Assembly (NCBI GenBank): GCA_041690595.1
Contig: JAWLHB010000040.1
Span: 1-64,000 of the forward strand
Source: Lentisphaeria bacterium
Lineage (GTDB): Bacteria; Verrucomicrobiota; Lentisphaeria; JABSQK01; JAWLHB01
DNA length: 64,000 bases
Direction of reading: 5' to 3'
Below, piece by piece: positions 1 through 8,849 of the stretch (position 1 is its first letter; each line of letters begins with the position of its first letter). The position numbers and the translations under genes are program-made. The notes under the pieces are model-generated. The model saw nothing but the letters and a program-made list of their open reading frames with translations. It ran no database searches and was not told the DNA's origin.

Positions 1-236
1 GATTTGCAACCAAAACTGGCCATTGCGAAGAAATAATTCTTTGCAATGGACAACTTCGCCTCAATCAGGGCGCGAAGAATCCTGATTCGTCAGCGCTGGG
101 GCTTTTTTCGCCGACACTGCCTCATCTCCTTCTCGGGCTGCCCGGAGACTGGGCTCCTGTTGTTTGCATTCGCGGCGTCGGCGCACATTATTACCGTATA
201 TCTTCTCAATGCAAACCCGCCGCGGATGTGGACACC

Positions 237-1976
237 ATGCCCAAGAATGTTCTTCTCATCACCAGCGACCAGCAGCACTGGTTTACCCTCGGTTGCCTGA
301 ATCCAGAAATCAAGACGCCGAATCTCGACCGCCTGGCCGCCCAGGGCACCCTTTATTCCCGCGCCTATTGCCCGAACCCCACCTGCACCCCCACCCGCGG
401 TTCGATCATCACCGGAAAGTACCCGAGCCAGCATGGCGGCTGGACACTCGGTACCAAGGTGCCAGAGTTCGAGCCGACCATTGGCGAGCTGCTCAGCCGA
501 AACGGCTATCGCACCGCTCTCGTCGGAAAAGCTCATTTCCAGCCCCTGCGTGAAACGGAGCAATTCTCCTCGCTCGAATCCTACCCGATCATGCAGGATC
601 TCGACTTCTGGCGCGATTTCAAGGATCCCTTCTATGGCTTCGATCATGTGGAACTGGCGCGCAATCATGTGGACGAAGCGCATGTGGGGCAGCACTATGC
701 CATCTGGATGGAGGAGAAAGGGCTGAGTAACTGGCGCGACTATTTCCAGGCGCCCACCGGCAAGACCAACGGTCTGCGGCATACCTGGCCCATCCCCGAG
801 AAATACCATTACGACACCTGGATCGCCGAGCGCACCAATGCCCTCATGGAGCAGTATCAGGCAGAAGGCAAGCCCTTCTTCCTCTGGGCAAGTTTCTTCG
901 ACCCACACCCGCCGTATCTCGTCTCCGAGCCGTGGGACACCATGTATGACCCGGCCACCCTGTCGGTGCCGGAGATGATGGAGGGCGAACATGAGCGCAA
1001 TCCCCCTCACTTCCAGGCCACCCAGGAAGCCGCGCCCGACTTCAGTTCCTACCAGGAAGAGGGGGGCCATGGCTGCCACGGCTGCCACTCCCACGTGCAT
1101 GACCGCCAGGCGCTGGCCGGCGATATCGCCGTCTACTACGGCATGGTCACGCTGATGGACAAGTACATCGGCGTCATTCTCGACAAGCTCGACGCACTGG
1201 GGCTGGCCGAAGAGACGCTGGTCGTCTTCACCACCGATCACGGCCACTTCCATGGCCACCACGGTCTCATCGCCAAAGGGCCTTTCCACTACGAAGACAT
1301 GCTGCGCGTCCCCTTCATCGTGCGACAGCCAGGCACCGTCCCCGCCGGCAAACGCTCGGCCGCCCTGCAGAATCTCACCGATCTCGCCCCTACCTTCCTG
1401 TCGGCCCTGGAACAACCTATACCCGGCGACATGACCGGGGTGGACGAATGGGATGTCTGGCGAGGCGTGAAAGAGAAGGCCCGCGAGAGCACCATTGTCG
1501 AGTTCCACCATCAGCCGACAACGATTCATCTGCGCACCTACATCGATGAACGCTACAAGCTGACAGTCTACTACAACCGCCCCTACGGCGAGTTGTTCGA
1601 CCTGCGGGACGATCCTGGGGAGCATTTCAACCACTGGGAGGATGCCGATTACGCCACCCGGAAGCGCGAGCTGCTGCTCAAACTGCTGCTGGCGGAGATC
1701 GCCAAGGAAGAGCCGTTCAACGCCGCCGCGGAGCAGCTGCCGAACAAAGACCGGCGCATGTACATCAAGTCGATGAGCGACAGCCACTATCAGGTGACGG
1801 TGGATCCGGCCGCCGATCGCTACGAGCTGTACAACCTCGTCCAGGACCCGAGCTGCAGCCGCAACGTGTGGGACGATCCACAATACGAGGAGGCACGCTC
1901 CAACATGGTGCTGCAGTTGATCTTCCACCGCCTGGGCAACGAGCCGCTCTGGATGCCGCGTATCTGGGGCGCCTGA
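237..1976 (+). CDS. Sulfatase (formylglycine-dependent, choline-sulfatase/arylsulfatase-like)
   Basis: N-terminal LLITSDQQ, signature CTPTRGSIITG (CxPxR), GYRTALVGKAH, FFDPHPP, FTTDHG. ATG at 237 preferred over GTG at 228. Confidence 0.93.
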   Translation: MPKNVLLITSDQQHWFTLGCLNPEIKTPNLDRLAAQGTLYSRAYCPNPTCTPTRGSIITGKYPSQHGGWTLGTKVPEFEPTIGELLSRNGYRTALVGKAHFQPLRETEQFSSLESYPIMQDLDFWRDFKDPFYGFDHVELARNHVDEAHVGQHYAIWMEEKGLSNWRDYFQAPTGKTNGLRHTWPIPEKYHYDTWIAERTNALMEQYQAEGKPFFLWASFFDPHPPYLVSEPWDTMYDPATLSVPEMMEGEHERNPPHFQATQEAAPDFSSYQEEGGHGCHGCHSHVHDRQALAGDIAVYYGMVTLMDKYIGVILDKLDALGLAEETLVVFTTDHGHFHGHHGLIAKGPFHYEDMLRVPFIVRQPGTVPAGKRSAALQNLTDLAPTFLSALEQPIPGDMTGVDEWDVWRGVKEKARESTIVEFHHQPTTIHLRTYIDERYKLTVYYNRPYGELFDLRDDPGEHFNHWEDADYATRKRELLLKLLLAEIAKEEPFNAAAEQLPNKDRRMYIKSMSDSHYQVTVDPAADRYELYNLVQDPSCSRNVWDDPQYEEARSNMVLQLIFHRLGNEPLWMPRIWGA

Positions 1977-1991
1977 TACGATCGGCGGCGC

Positions 1992-4448
1992 CTACTCGGC
2001 AGCCGGCAGAAAGCTCGGTATCCCCACTCGATACCGGGCGCCCGGACGGTTGCCGCGCAGGCCAGCCATCAGATAGTCGCCATGGTCGGTGTTCCCGATT
2101 GTCAAACGCTGCAGCTTGGGCGAATTCAGCCGCGGATAGCGTTCACGGACAAGTGCCAGCAGGTCGAGAGCCAGCGGGGAGGCAAAGCTCTCCGCCGGTT
2201 TACCATCGATGACCGGCAGGCCCAGCGGATCCATCGCGTACGGCTGCCACTCATGCTCGTACCAGGCGCGATGGCCCAGAACGCGATAGGTGGCGGCAAT
2301 CGGGGCGGTGAGCGGGACAATAAGCGGCTTGCCACTTACCACCAGATGCAGGTTCACCATGGTCCCCTCCGGAATCTCCAGATCAAGTGCAAGGCGAGGC
2401 GTCGCCAGCAGATCGACGGGCGAATCCAAGGGGAACTCCATAGCAAAGGTTCCGCCTCCCCAGTTATTGGTCGCCCATCCTTGCGGGTCGACGGTCACCC
2501 GCCCCGGCTGCAAGGCTTTCCACGCCGCTCCCTCATGGCTGAAGATCGGGGTCGGAAGCGACGACCCGCCGATGCGCAGGTGGCTTGCGCTGCTGTTGAA
2601 GCGGCCATAGACGATGCCATTGCGATAGGTCCACAGCGCGATCTGTCCCCCCTTGGGAGCAGTCAGGGGATCCTCTTCCAGGTAGTCGATCACCACCTCG
2701 TCGTCAAGTAAAACTCGGATGTGCTCGCCGACTGCCTCGACCCGCAGACGCCGCCAGAAGAGATGTAGATCGTAGATGTCGACAAACGGAAGGAACTTGT
2801 GCGTCTCGTTGATGGCGACGATCTCCCGCCCGCGATAGAGATAGCTGGCCTTGTTCTCATGGCCACCATACATGAAGGTGTAGCCGCTGAAGAGGTCCCG
2901 CCCGTCGGTCATGAACGAGACATTGACGTCATGTCGCGCGTAGCGTCGATTCTCGAACTGCCGGGCGAAGATATCCTTCATCCCATGGTAGAACTCATGC
3001 ACCTGGTCGCCCTCAAAAAAGGGCTTGCTGTAAAGAACGACCGCCTCCGTGCCGATCCCCCCGTAGAAGCTCCACTTGGGTTCGCATTGCCAGCGATTGG
3101 TCATCTGCCAGGTGCCGTCGATAGCCAGCCAGTTGGCAGGGGCCTGCTCGAAAAGCTCCTGCCAGACGGAATCGTCCCACAGATGCGGCGGCCCCGCCTT
3201 CCCGGGCTGACACTCGATCCAGTATGGCCCCGGTGCGTCAGGCGCCTGTGTCGCCTCGACGACGCGCCCCTGAACATCACGGATGCGCACCTTGGCGCCT
3301 TCAACCGTCTCGATGCGAAATGGACTGAAGAGCGGCAAGTGAAAGCGCAGCCACTCCCGATCATCCGGTGCCGGCAACCAGGCATCGGCATCCTTGGCCC
3401 AACGCTCGAGATGATCGTCGCGGTCGTCCTTTTCATATCGCGGTTTGACGCTGTACGGCTCGCTGCTCACCTGCAGCGGCCGAGCTTCACGCGCGGACAA
3501 GCGCGAAATTGGCTGAGTCGACTCAAGTTCCAGGTCATCGAAGAGCGCGGCGCCCCCCTCCGCGACCAGCCCAATGCGACCATGATTGACGTGATTGAGC
3601 TTTTCCGCAAACGCAGCCACTCCGTCGACATCGACGAAGAGCTGCCCGTCGGCGCGGCACTTGACACGCAGCCGGCACCAATTGTCCGGGAAGATCACCA
3701 GCGGCTGCTCGCACAGGAGCATGGATCCCCTCTGGGAATGGCGCCGCAACCGCGGTCCATTTCGGGCAAGCGTCACCGTCAGGTAGTCATCCTGGCCTTG
3801 CCAGCCGATGATGACGCCGGCCTGCTCCGCCTCATGGAGCTGCAAGGTCACCTCGAAGGTGTAGTCATCCCAGAAGTCATGGCCGGTGAGCATGTAGCCG
3901 GCCATGGCGGAGATGCTTTCGCCTTGGGCGACAAAGCGGTTGGGATCCGCGGCACGATCCTCGTTCCACAGCGTCCCCCAGCGCCCCTCCAGCACCTCCC
4001 AGCCGTCCCCTTTGCCGATCTTCTCGCGGCCAAAATCATCAGCAAACCGAAACGGCCCCAGCTTCTGACGACGCGAGGCAACTGTCGCGAGACCGTACAG
4101 GCGTAACGCGAGCGTCTGCCCCGATGCGACGGCGACTTCGGCCACGACTCTGCCGTTCGACGAGAGGATGAGCGAATCGAAACGCCGGCGCGCCACCAGC
4201 CGATGCAGCGTTGCTTCCGCGGCCTCTGTCGTGCGCACCTTCGCCTCGACCGCCCCATCGACGACGATGGCAACCTTGCCCCAGTTCCGCGCAAGCGGCT
4301 CCAGCTCAGCGCTGTACCACAAGTCGCCACTTCCCAGATCCACCTCTTCGCTTGGTACCCACATGGCCTCCTCCCTGACCGCGTAGAGACCCGCGAGTCC
4401 CAGCAAGATGCAGACAAGCGCGATAACCGTCGGCAACCGGTACCTCAT
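1992..4448 (-). CDS. Uncharacterised exported/membrane-anchored protein (about 818 aa) with ConA/LamG-like beta-sandwich domains
   Basis: ATG at 4448 overlaps the upstream TGA (ATGA). N-terminal hydrophobic helix. WDDYTFEVTL...GRIGL...FDDL resembles the 3-keto-disaccharide-hydrolase/LamG fold. Paralog of 14072..20269. Confidence 0.75.
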   Translation of the reverse strand: MRYRLPTVIALVCILLGLAGLYAVREEAMWVPSEEVDLGSGDLWYSAELEPLARNWGKVAIVVDGAVEAKVRTTEAAEATLHRLVARRRFDSLILSSNGRVVAEVAVASGQTLALRLYGLATVASRRQKLGPFRFADDFGREKIGKGDGWEVLEGRWGTLWNEDRAADPNRFVAQGESISAMAGYMLTGHDFWDDYTFEVTLQLHEAEQAGVIIGWQGQDDYLTVTLARNGPRLRRHSQRGSMLLCEQPLVIFPDNWCRLRVKCRADGQLFVDVDGVAAFAEKLNHVNHGRIGLVAEGGAALFDDLELESTQPISRLSAREARPLQVSSEPYSVKPRYEKDDRDDHLERWAKDADAWLPAPDDREWLRFHLPLFSPFRIETVEGAKVRIRDVQGRVVEATQAPDAPGPYWIECQPGKAGPPHLWDDSVWQELFEQAPANWLAIDGTWQMTNRWQCEPKWSFYGGIGTEAVVLYSKPFFEGDQVHEFYHGMKDIFARQFENRRYARHDVNVSFMTDGRDLFSGYTFMYGGHENKASYLYRGREIVAINETHKFLPFVDIYDLHLFWRRLRVEAVGEHIRVLLDDEVVIDYLEEDPLTAPKGGQIALWTYRNGIVYGRFNSSASHLRIGGSSLPTPIFSHEGAAWKALQPGRVTVDPQGWATNNWGGGTFAMEFPLDSPVDLLATPRLALDLEIPEGTMVNLHLVVSGKPLIVPLTAPIAATYRVLGHRAWYEHEWQPYAMDPLGLPVIDGKPAESFASPLALDLLALVRERYPRLNSPKLQRLTIGNTDHGDYLMAGLRGNRPGARYRVGIPSFLPAAE

Positions 4449-5620
4449 GAACACCCTCCCTGATCGGACGCATCGACGAATCGGCGGATCTCCCGCAGTT
4501 TCTCGCTCCAGTCGGAACCGCGAATGGCGGCACTGATGGCAGGACGATCCTGCTCCGCCAGCTGTTCCTCCAGCGCGGCAATCCACTCGTCCGGCGTCCT
4601 GGCAAGCCGAACGCCGGTCAGCGGCTCCCGCATCTCCGGAAAATCACTCGACACAACCGGCACACCGGCGGCCAGAATTTCGCGAGCCTTGATCGGATTG
4701 ACCGCCTCGATCAACGGATGGTTGACGTCGTAAGGGATGATGGCCACATCGAAACCTTTGCAGTAGGCGGGCAACCCATGGTGCTCACGGCGCCCCGGCA
4801 GGAGGATGTTCGGCAGTCCAGAAAGCGCGCTGACATCACAGCGTTGGGGGCCGATCATGCAGAAGGTCCATGCGGGTCGTCGGCGGGCAAGTTCGGCAAG
4901 CAGCGGGAAATCGATGTGCGGCCCGATGGTGCCATAGAAGCCGATGAGTGGCCGCGGCAGTTCCGCCAGATCGTGTGGAATCGGCAGTTGCGGATCGAGC
5001 GCGGCGGCAAAGGTCGCATGATCGACCCCGTGCGGCATGTAGTGAACCGGCGCACGCGTGCGCGCCAGGCATTTTTCGACCAGCTTCTTTGAGGTGGCAA
5101 AGACAATCGAAGCGCCGGCCAGCAACTGCGCTTCCCGGTCCTCCGCCCAGGCGGAATCCAGCCCCGGCATACTGCTCCAGTCATCCACGCAGTAATAGAC
5201 AACCTTCTGCTCCCCGAAGCAGCCCAGATAATCGGCCACCGTCGGCAGAAACGCCCACAACTCGACCGTCTCGCTCTTCAGGCTGCGAAGCTGCCGCCGC
5301 ACGGCACTGCCCAGGGAGAAGCGGTTGAACTGACGCAGCCAGGGCGCCGTGGCCCGGGGAATGACGCACGGAGAGAGCACCCGCAACTGGTTCTCCTTCA
5401 GGATAAATCGCTGATTCAGCGCCGCTTTTCCCTTGCGCCAGTAGCGCCCAAGATCATAGCCGCTGGTCAGGCTCGGCTTGCGACACCCCACGGAATTGAT
5501 CCATAGGACCGGATTCTCCCTGCCCATGCGCCGCAAGACGTGGGTGGTTGCAGTCGGAACATCGTCCCAGTCCTTGCTGAAGGCGACGATGGCCGGCGCT
5601 TGATGGACGATGCTGCTCAT
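4445..5620 (-). CDS. GT-B glycosyltransferase (TuaH-like)
   Basis: VYYCVDDWS, YMPHGVD, IGFYG, FDVAIIPY, NPIKAREILAAGVPVVS. ATG at 5620 overlaps the upstream stop. Confidence 0.88.
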   Translation of the reverse strand: MSSIVHQAPAIVAFSKDWDDVPTATTHVLRRMGRENPVLWINSVGCRKPSLTSGYDLGRYWRKGKAALNQRFILKENQLRVLSPCVIPRATAPWLRQFNRFSLGSAVRRQLRSLKSETVELWAFLPTVADYLGCFGEQKVVYYCVDDWSSMPGLDSAWAEDREAQLLAGASIVFATSKKLVEKCLARTRAPVHYMPHGVDHATFAAALDPQLPIPHDLAELPRPLIGFYGTIGPHIDFPLLAELARRRPAWTFCMIGPQRCDVSALSGLPNILLPGRREHHGLPAYCKGFDVAIIPYDVNHPLIEAVNPIKAREILAAGVPVVSSDFPEMREPLTGVRLARTPDEWIAALEEQLAEQDRPAISAAIRGSDWSEKLREIRRFVDASDQGGCS

Positions 5621-6333
5621 GGGCGTGCCGCGTCCCGGGTCGCCTGGCGCAGCAACTCGGGCGTATCGATCGCAGTCAGTGAACCGGGTGGCGCCATGGC
5701 ATACAGGGCGCATCCACGCTCGAGTAAAGACGGAAAGACATCGCGGCCGAAATCCACCAATGTCTCACGAGGAATCGCGTCGACCACCGCGGGCTCCAGC
5801 ACGTAGATGCCGGTATTGACCAGATGGCTGACTACCTGCTCCGGACGCGGCTTCTCGATGAAGGTCAGGATGCGGGCGGTCGCGTCCGTCACCACGATAC
5901 CGCTCTGCAGGACATCCTCCTTCTCGTAGACGACAATCGTGCCCGCCCCACCCTTCTCCCGGTGAAAGCCCTGAACCGCCGTGAGGTTGTAAGAAAGAAG
6001 ATTGTCACCGTAGATCACCAGAAAGGGCTCGGCGGCATCTTTCCAGTAGCGATCGGCAATTCGACGAACCGCCCCGGCTGTTCCCAGAAGGTTCTCCTCC
6101 AGGGAGTAATGGATCGAGACGCCGAACGCCGCGCCATCGTCGAAATGATCGGTGATGATCTCGGGAAGATGGTGCAGGTTGAGGTAGAGATCCGTGATTC
6201 CATGGCTGCGAAGCCACCGGATGTTGTGCTCGAGTACTGGCCGGCCGCGCACCGGGACCATCGGTTTCGGCAGCATTCCCGCCGCTTCGCCAAGTCGCGT
6301 CCCTTTGCCTGCCGCCAGCACAATCGCCTTCAT
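5617..6333 (-). CDS. Sugar-phosphate nucleotidyltransferase (mannose-1-phosphate guanylyltransferase-like)
   Basis: MKAIVLAAGKGTRL, LPKPMVPV, LGTAGAV, YGD, FIEKP, VNTGIY. Confidence 0.92.
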   Translation of the reverse strand: MKAIVLAAGKGTRLGEAAGMLPKPMVPVRGRPVLEHNIRWLRSHGITDLYLNLHHLPEIITDHFDDGAAFGVSIHYSLEENLLGTAGAVRRIADRYWKDAAEPFLVIYGDNLLSYNLTAVQGFHREKGGAGTIVVYEKEDVLQSGIVVTDATARILTFIEKPRPEQVVSHLVNTGIYVLEPAVVDAIPRETLVDFGRDVFPSLLERGCALYAMAPPGSLTAIDTPELLRQATRDAARP

Positions 6334-7286
6334 AGTCGCAGATTCCCTCGCGCCAACTCGTCACGAATGTAGTCGATCATCTGCCGTAGACCGGTGCGGA
6401 TATCCACCCGCGGCTCCCAGCCGACCGCTCGGGCCCGCGTGATATCCGCCAGCGTCTCCTGTGCCTCCCCCGGCAGATCCGGCCTGCGCTCGGGCAGGAT
6501 GTCGCTGCCGAGCAACTCCGCCAGCAGCTGGTAAATGTCCAAGATCGAGTAGCTGGTGCCACTGCCCAGGTTGAATACCTGCCCATCGGTGCGCGGATCC
6601 TGCCAGCACTGCAGATGAAAGCGGTTGATGTCGTCGACGTGGACGAAGTCGCGCCGCTTCTCTCCGGAACCATAGATGGTCGGCGCCTTCCCACTGAGCA
6701 GGCGCATGATGAAGGCACTCATCACTGGCGGAATGGTCCGCCGGTAATCCTGCCGCGGACCATAGACACAGAAATATCGCAACGCGGTAAAGCGCAGCTC
6801 GCTGAAGCGGGCGTAAGCCTCCGCGAAGTGCATGCCTGCCAGCTTGCTGACGGCATAGAAGCTGTGCGCGCAGACCGCATCTTCCGGCGTCGGCAGCAGG
6901 GTCGCCCCTTCATAGAGCGCCGACGACTCGGCGTAGATCACCTTGCGGACGCCCGCCTGACGCGCGGCCTCGAAGACGTTGACCGTGCCCGCCACGTTGA
7001 TGGATGCCGTATCTACAGGATCCTGCTGGCAGTCACTGATGCAGTTCTTGGCCGCCAGGTGGAAGACCGCGTCGGCGTCCTGCATGAGTGCCCGGATCTC
7101 GGGAGAGCGGATGTCGATCTGGTGAAAGTCCACAGCCTCGGGGACCTGTTCGCGCACCCCGTATGCCAGATTGTCGATACCCACAATGCGCGGCGGCTCG
7201 GGCAGTCTGGCCAGACAATCCGCCAGATTGCTGCCGATAAAGCCGGCCACCCCGGTTATCACCACCCTTTTCCGTTCAGCCGCCAT
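6330..7286 (-). CDS. NAD-dependent epimerase/dehydratase (extended SDR, GalE-like)
   Basis: TGVAGFIGS Rossmann motif, FHLAA, YAVSK (YxxxK), RYFCVYGPRQ, RDFVHVDD. ATG at 7286 has AAGGG upstream. Confidence 0.92.
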   Translation of the reverse strand: MAAERKRVVITGVAGFIGSNLADCLARLPEPPRIVGIDNLAYGVREQVPEAVDFHQIDIRSPEIRALMQDADAVFHLAAKNCISDCQQDPVDTASINVAGTVNVFEAARQAGVRKVIYAESSALYEGATLLPTPEDAVCAHSFYAVSKLAGMHFAEAYARFSELRFTALRYFCVYGPRQDYRRTIPPVMSAFIMRLLSGKAPTIYGSGEKRRDFVHVDDINRFHLQCWQDPRTDGQVFNLGSGTSYSILDIYQLLAELLGSDILPERRPDLPGEAQETLADITRARAVGWEPRVDIRTGLRQMIDYIRDELARGNLRL

Positions 7287-7293
7287 ATCGCCC

Positions 7294-8589
7294 TTATCCA
7301 ATCATGTTGACAAGCCGTATGAAGATGTACAGCAGCACAACAGTCGTGCAACTGAGCGCCGGATACCACCAGGCCTTCTTGCGTTCGAACTTGCAGTGCA
7401 CATTGAGGGCCGCCACCCCCACCCGAAGCCCAGCGAGCTGATACATCGAGGCGGAGAGTGCCAGCAGTACATACAATGGCGTAAAGTACGATCGGCTGAG
7501 GAAGTATGCCGCACCAGCAAAGCCGACGAGGCTGGCAAACATCCCCTTGGCCTGCTGCACCAGCAGCACATCCTCCTCGTCATCCGGCTTCAGCCGCGAG
7601 ACCTTCCACGAACCATAGATCGAAAACGCCAGCAGGCCCAACCAGAAGGTGTACCCAATGATGCCGATTTCCGCGTAGACGTTAATATAGCTGTTGTGAA
7701 CCGCCTTGTCCGCCTCCATGTATTCCTTGATCCGCTGCGCGCCCACTCCTGTCAGCGGATGCTCCTTGAAGACCTGATTGGCTTCACCCCACAACATGGT
7801 ACGCTCCTGATCCGCGATTCCCAAAGCCGAAAGGCGCGTCGGCAACACCACCAGGAGCCCCATCGCCGCCACCACCAGCGCAACGAAGAACTTGCGATTG
7901 TCCACATAACGCACCAGCGCAAAGAATACCATCACCGCCATCGCCAGATATCCCCCTCGGGACTGGGTGAGCACCACCCCGTAAGCGAGCACCAGCGGAA
8001 TGCTCCCCTGCAGCAGGTAGTTGACCAGGCTCCGGCGCTTGAAGAGCGCAAAGGTCAGCGGCAGCGCAAAGGTGAGGTAGAGCGCCGTATCGTTGGGATC
8101 TCCCATGATGCCGAAATACTGTGCCCGCACGTAGGTCACCCCTTTGGCCGTCAAAATAAGGGGAGGCGCATCGGCAAAGCCTGTTCCAGTCTTCACCTGC
8201 AGATAGCAGTGCAGCGAGACCAGAAGCGCCACCCCCACGATAAGTGCGTTCACAATGCGGATCCGCCGCGTCGTATTGCAGGATAGCAGAACCAGAATAA
8301 ACCCAACGTAGATCTTTCCGAAATGGGGAAGATTGATCAGCAATGAGCTGAAGTTGGTCATCGCAATATCCGCCAGAAGGACAGCCGCGAAGAAGCCGCT
8401 CATTAACCAGAAGTGAGGCAACAGCTTCGACATCTGGATCTTGCCGCGAACCACCTCGACCGTAACCACGGACATCGCCATGATGACGATGATGTCGAGG
8501 GAATTGTCGGGCATGTAATCGGTCAGCAACCACTCCTGCGGGCGCAGCAGCAGGAAGACGACATACAGACAGGTGAGGAAGAAGCCCAT
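7294..8589 (-). CDS. O-antigen ligase/Wzy_C-family membrane protein
   Basis: Many TM helices. DPNDTAL, TQSRGG, HPLTGVG, AVHNSYINVYAEIG motifs. Start at MGFFL inferred. Confidence 0.85.
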   Translation of the reverse strand: MGFFLTCLYVVFLLLRPQEWLLTDYMPDNSLDIIVIMAMSVVTVEVVRGKIQMSKLLPHFWLMSGFFAAVLLADIAMTNFSSLLINLPHFGKIYVGFILVLLSCNTTRRIRIVNALIVGVALLVSLHCYLQVKTGTGFADAPPLILTAKGVTYVRAQYFGIMGDPNDTALYLTFALPLTFALFKRRSLVNYLLQGSIPLVLAYGVVLTQSRGGYLAMAVMVFFALVRYVDNRKFFVALVVAAMGLLVVLPTRLSALGIADQERTMLWGEANQVFKEHPLTGVGAQRIKEYMEADKAVHNSYINVYAEIGIIGYTFWLGLLAFSIYGSWKVSRLKPDDEEDVLLVQQAKGMFASLVGFAGAAYFLSRSYFTPLYVLLALSASMYQLAGLRVGVAALNVHCKFERKKAWWYPALSCTTVVLLYIFIRLVNMIG

Positions 8590-8849
8590 GACAACGTGAA
8601 CGCCGGTATAAAGTAAGATACGCCTCCGCGGCTGGAACAATGAGCGGATACTTTACTGGTTCCACCCGAAAAAACAAGCGTTGAAAGCTCGACGGCTCGC
8701 CTCTCCCTCGGCAACCGCATTACCCCGCGCCACCCACCTGCGCCTCCTCGCCGCCTTCCTGACAGGGCCACCCTCTCCCTCTCCTCATATGCCCTCCGGA
8801 CGCGCACCTCAGCATGGGAACTTATTTCTCAACGTCCAGTCCTGTCGCT

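Noticed and set aside
90..1928. 612-aa minus-strand ORF, and similar ones at 25422-27278, 52027-53859, 59549-60928 and 38598-39977
   Set aside because: Each lies antisense to a gene with clear family motifs.
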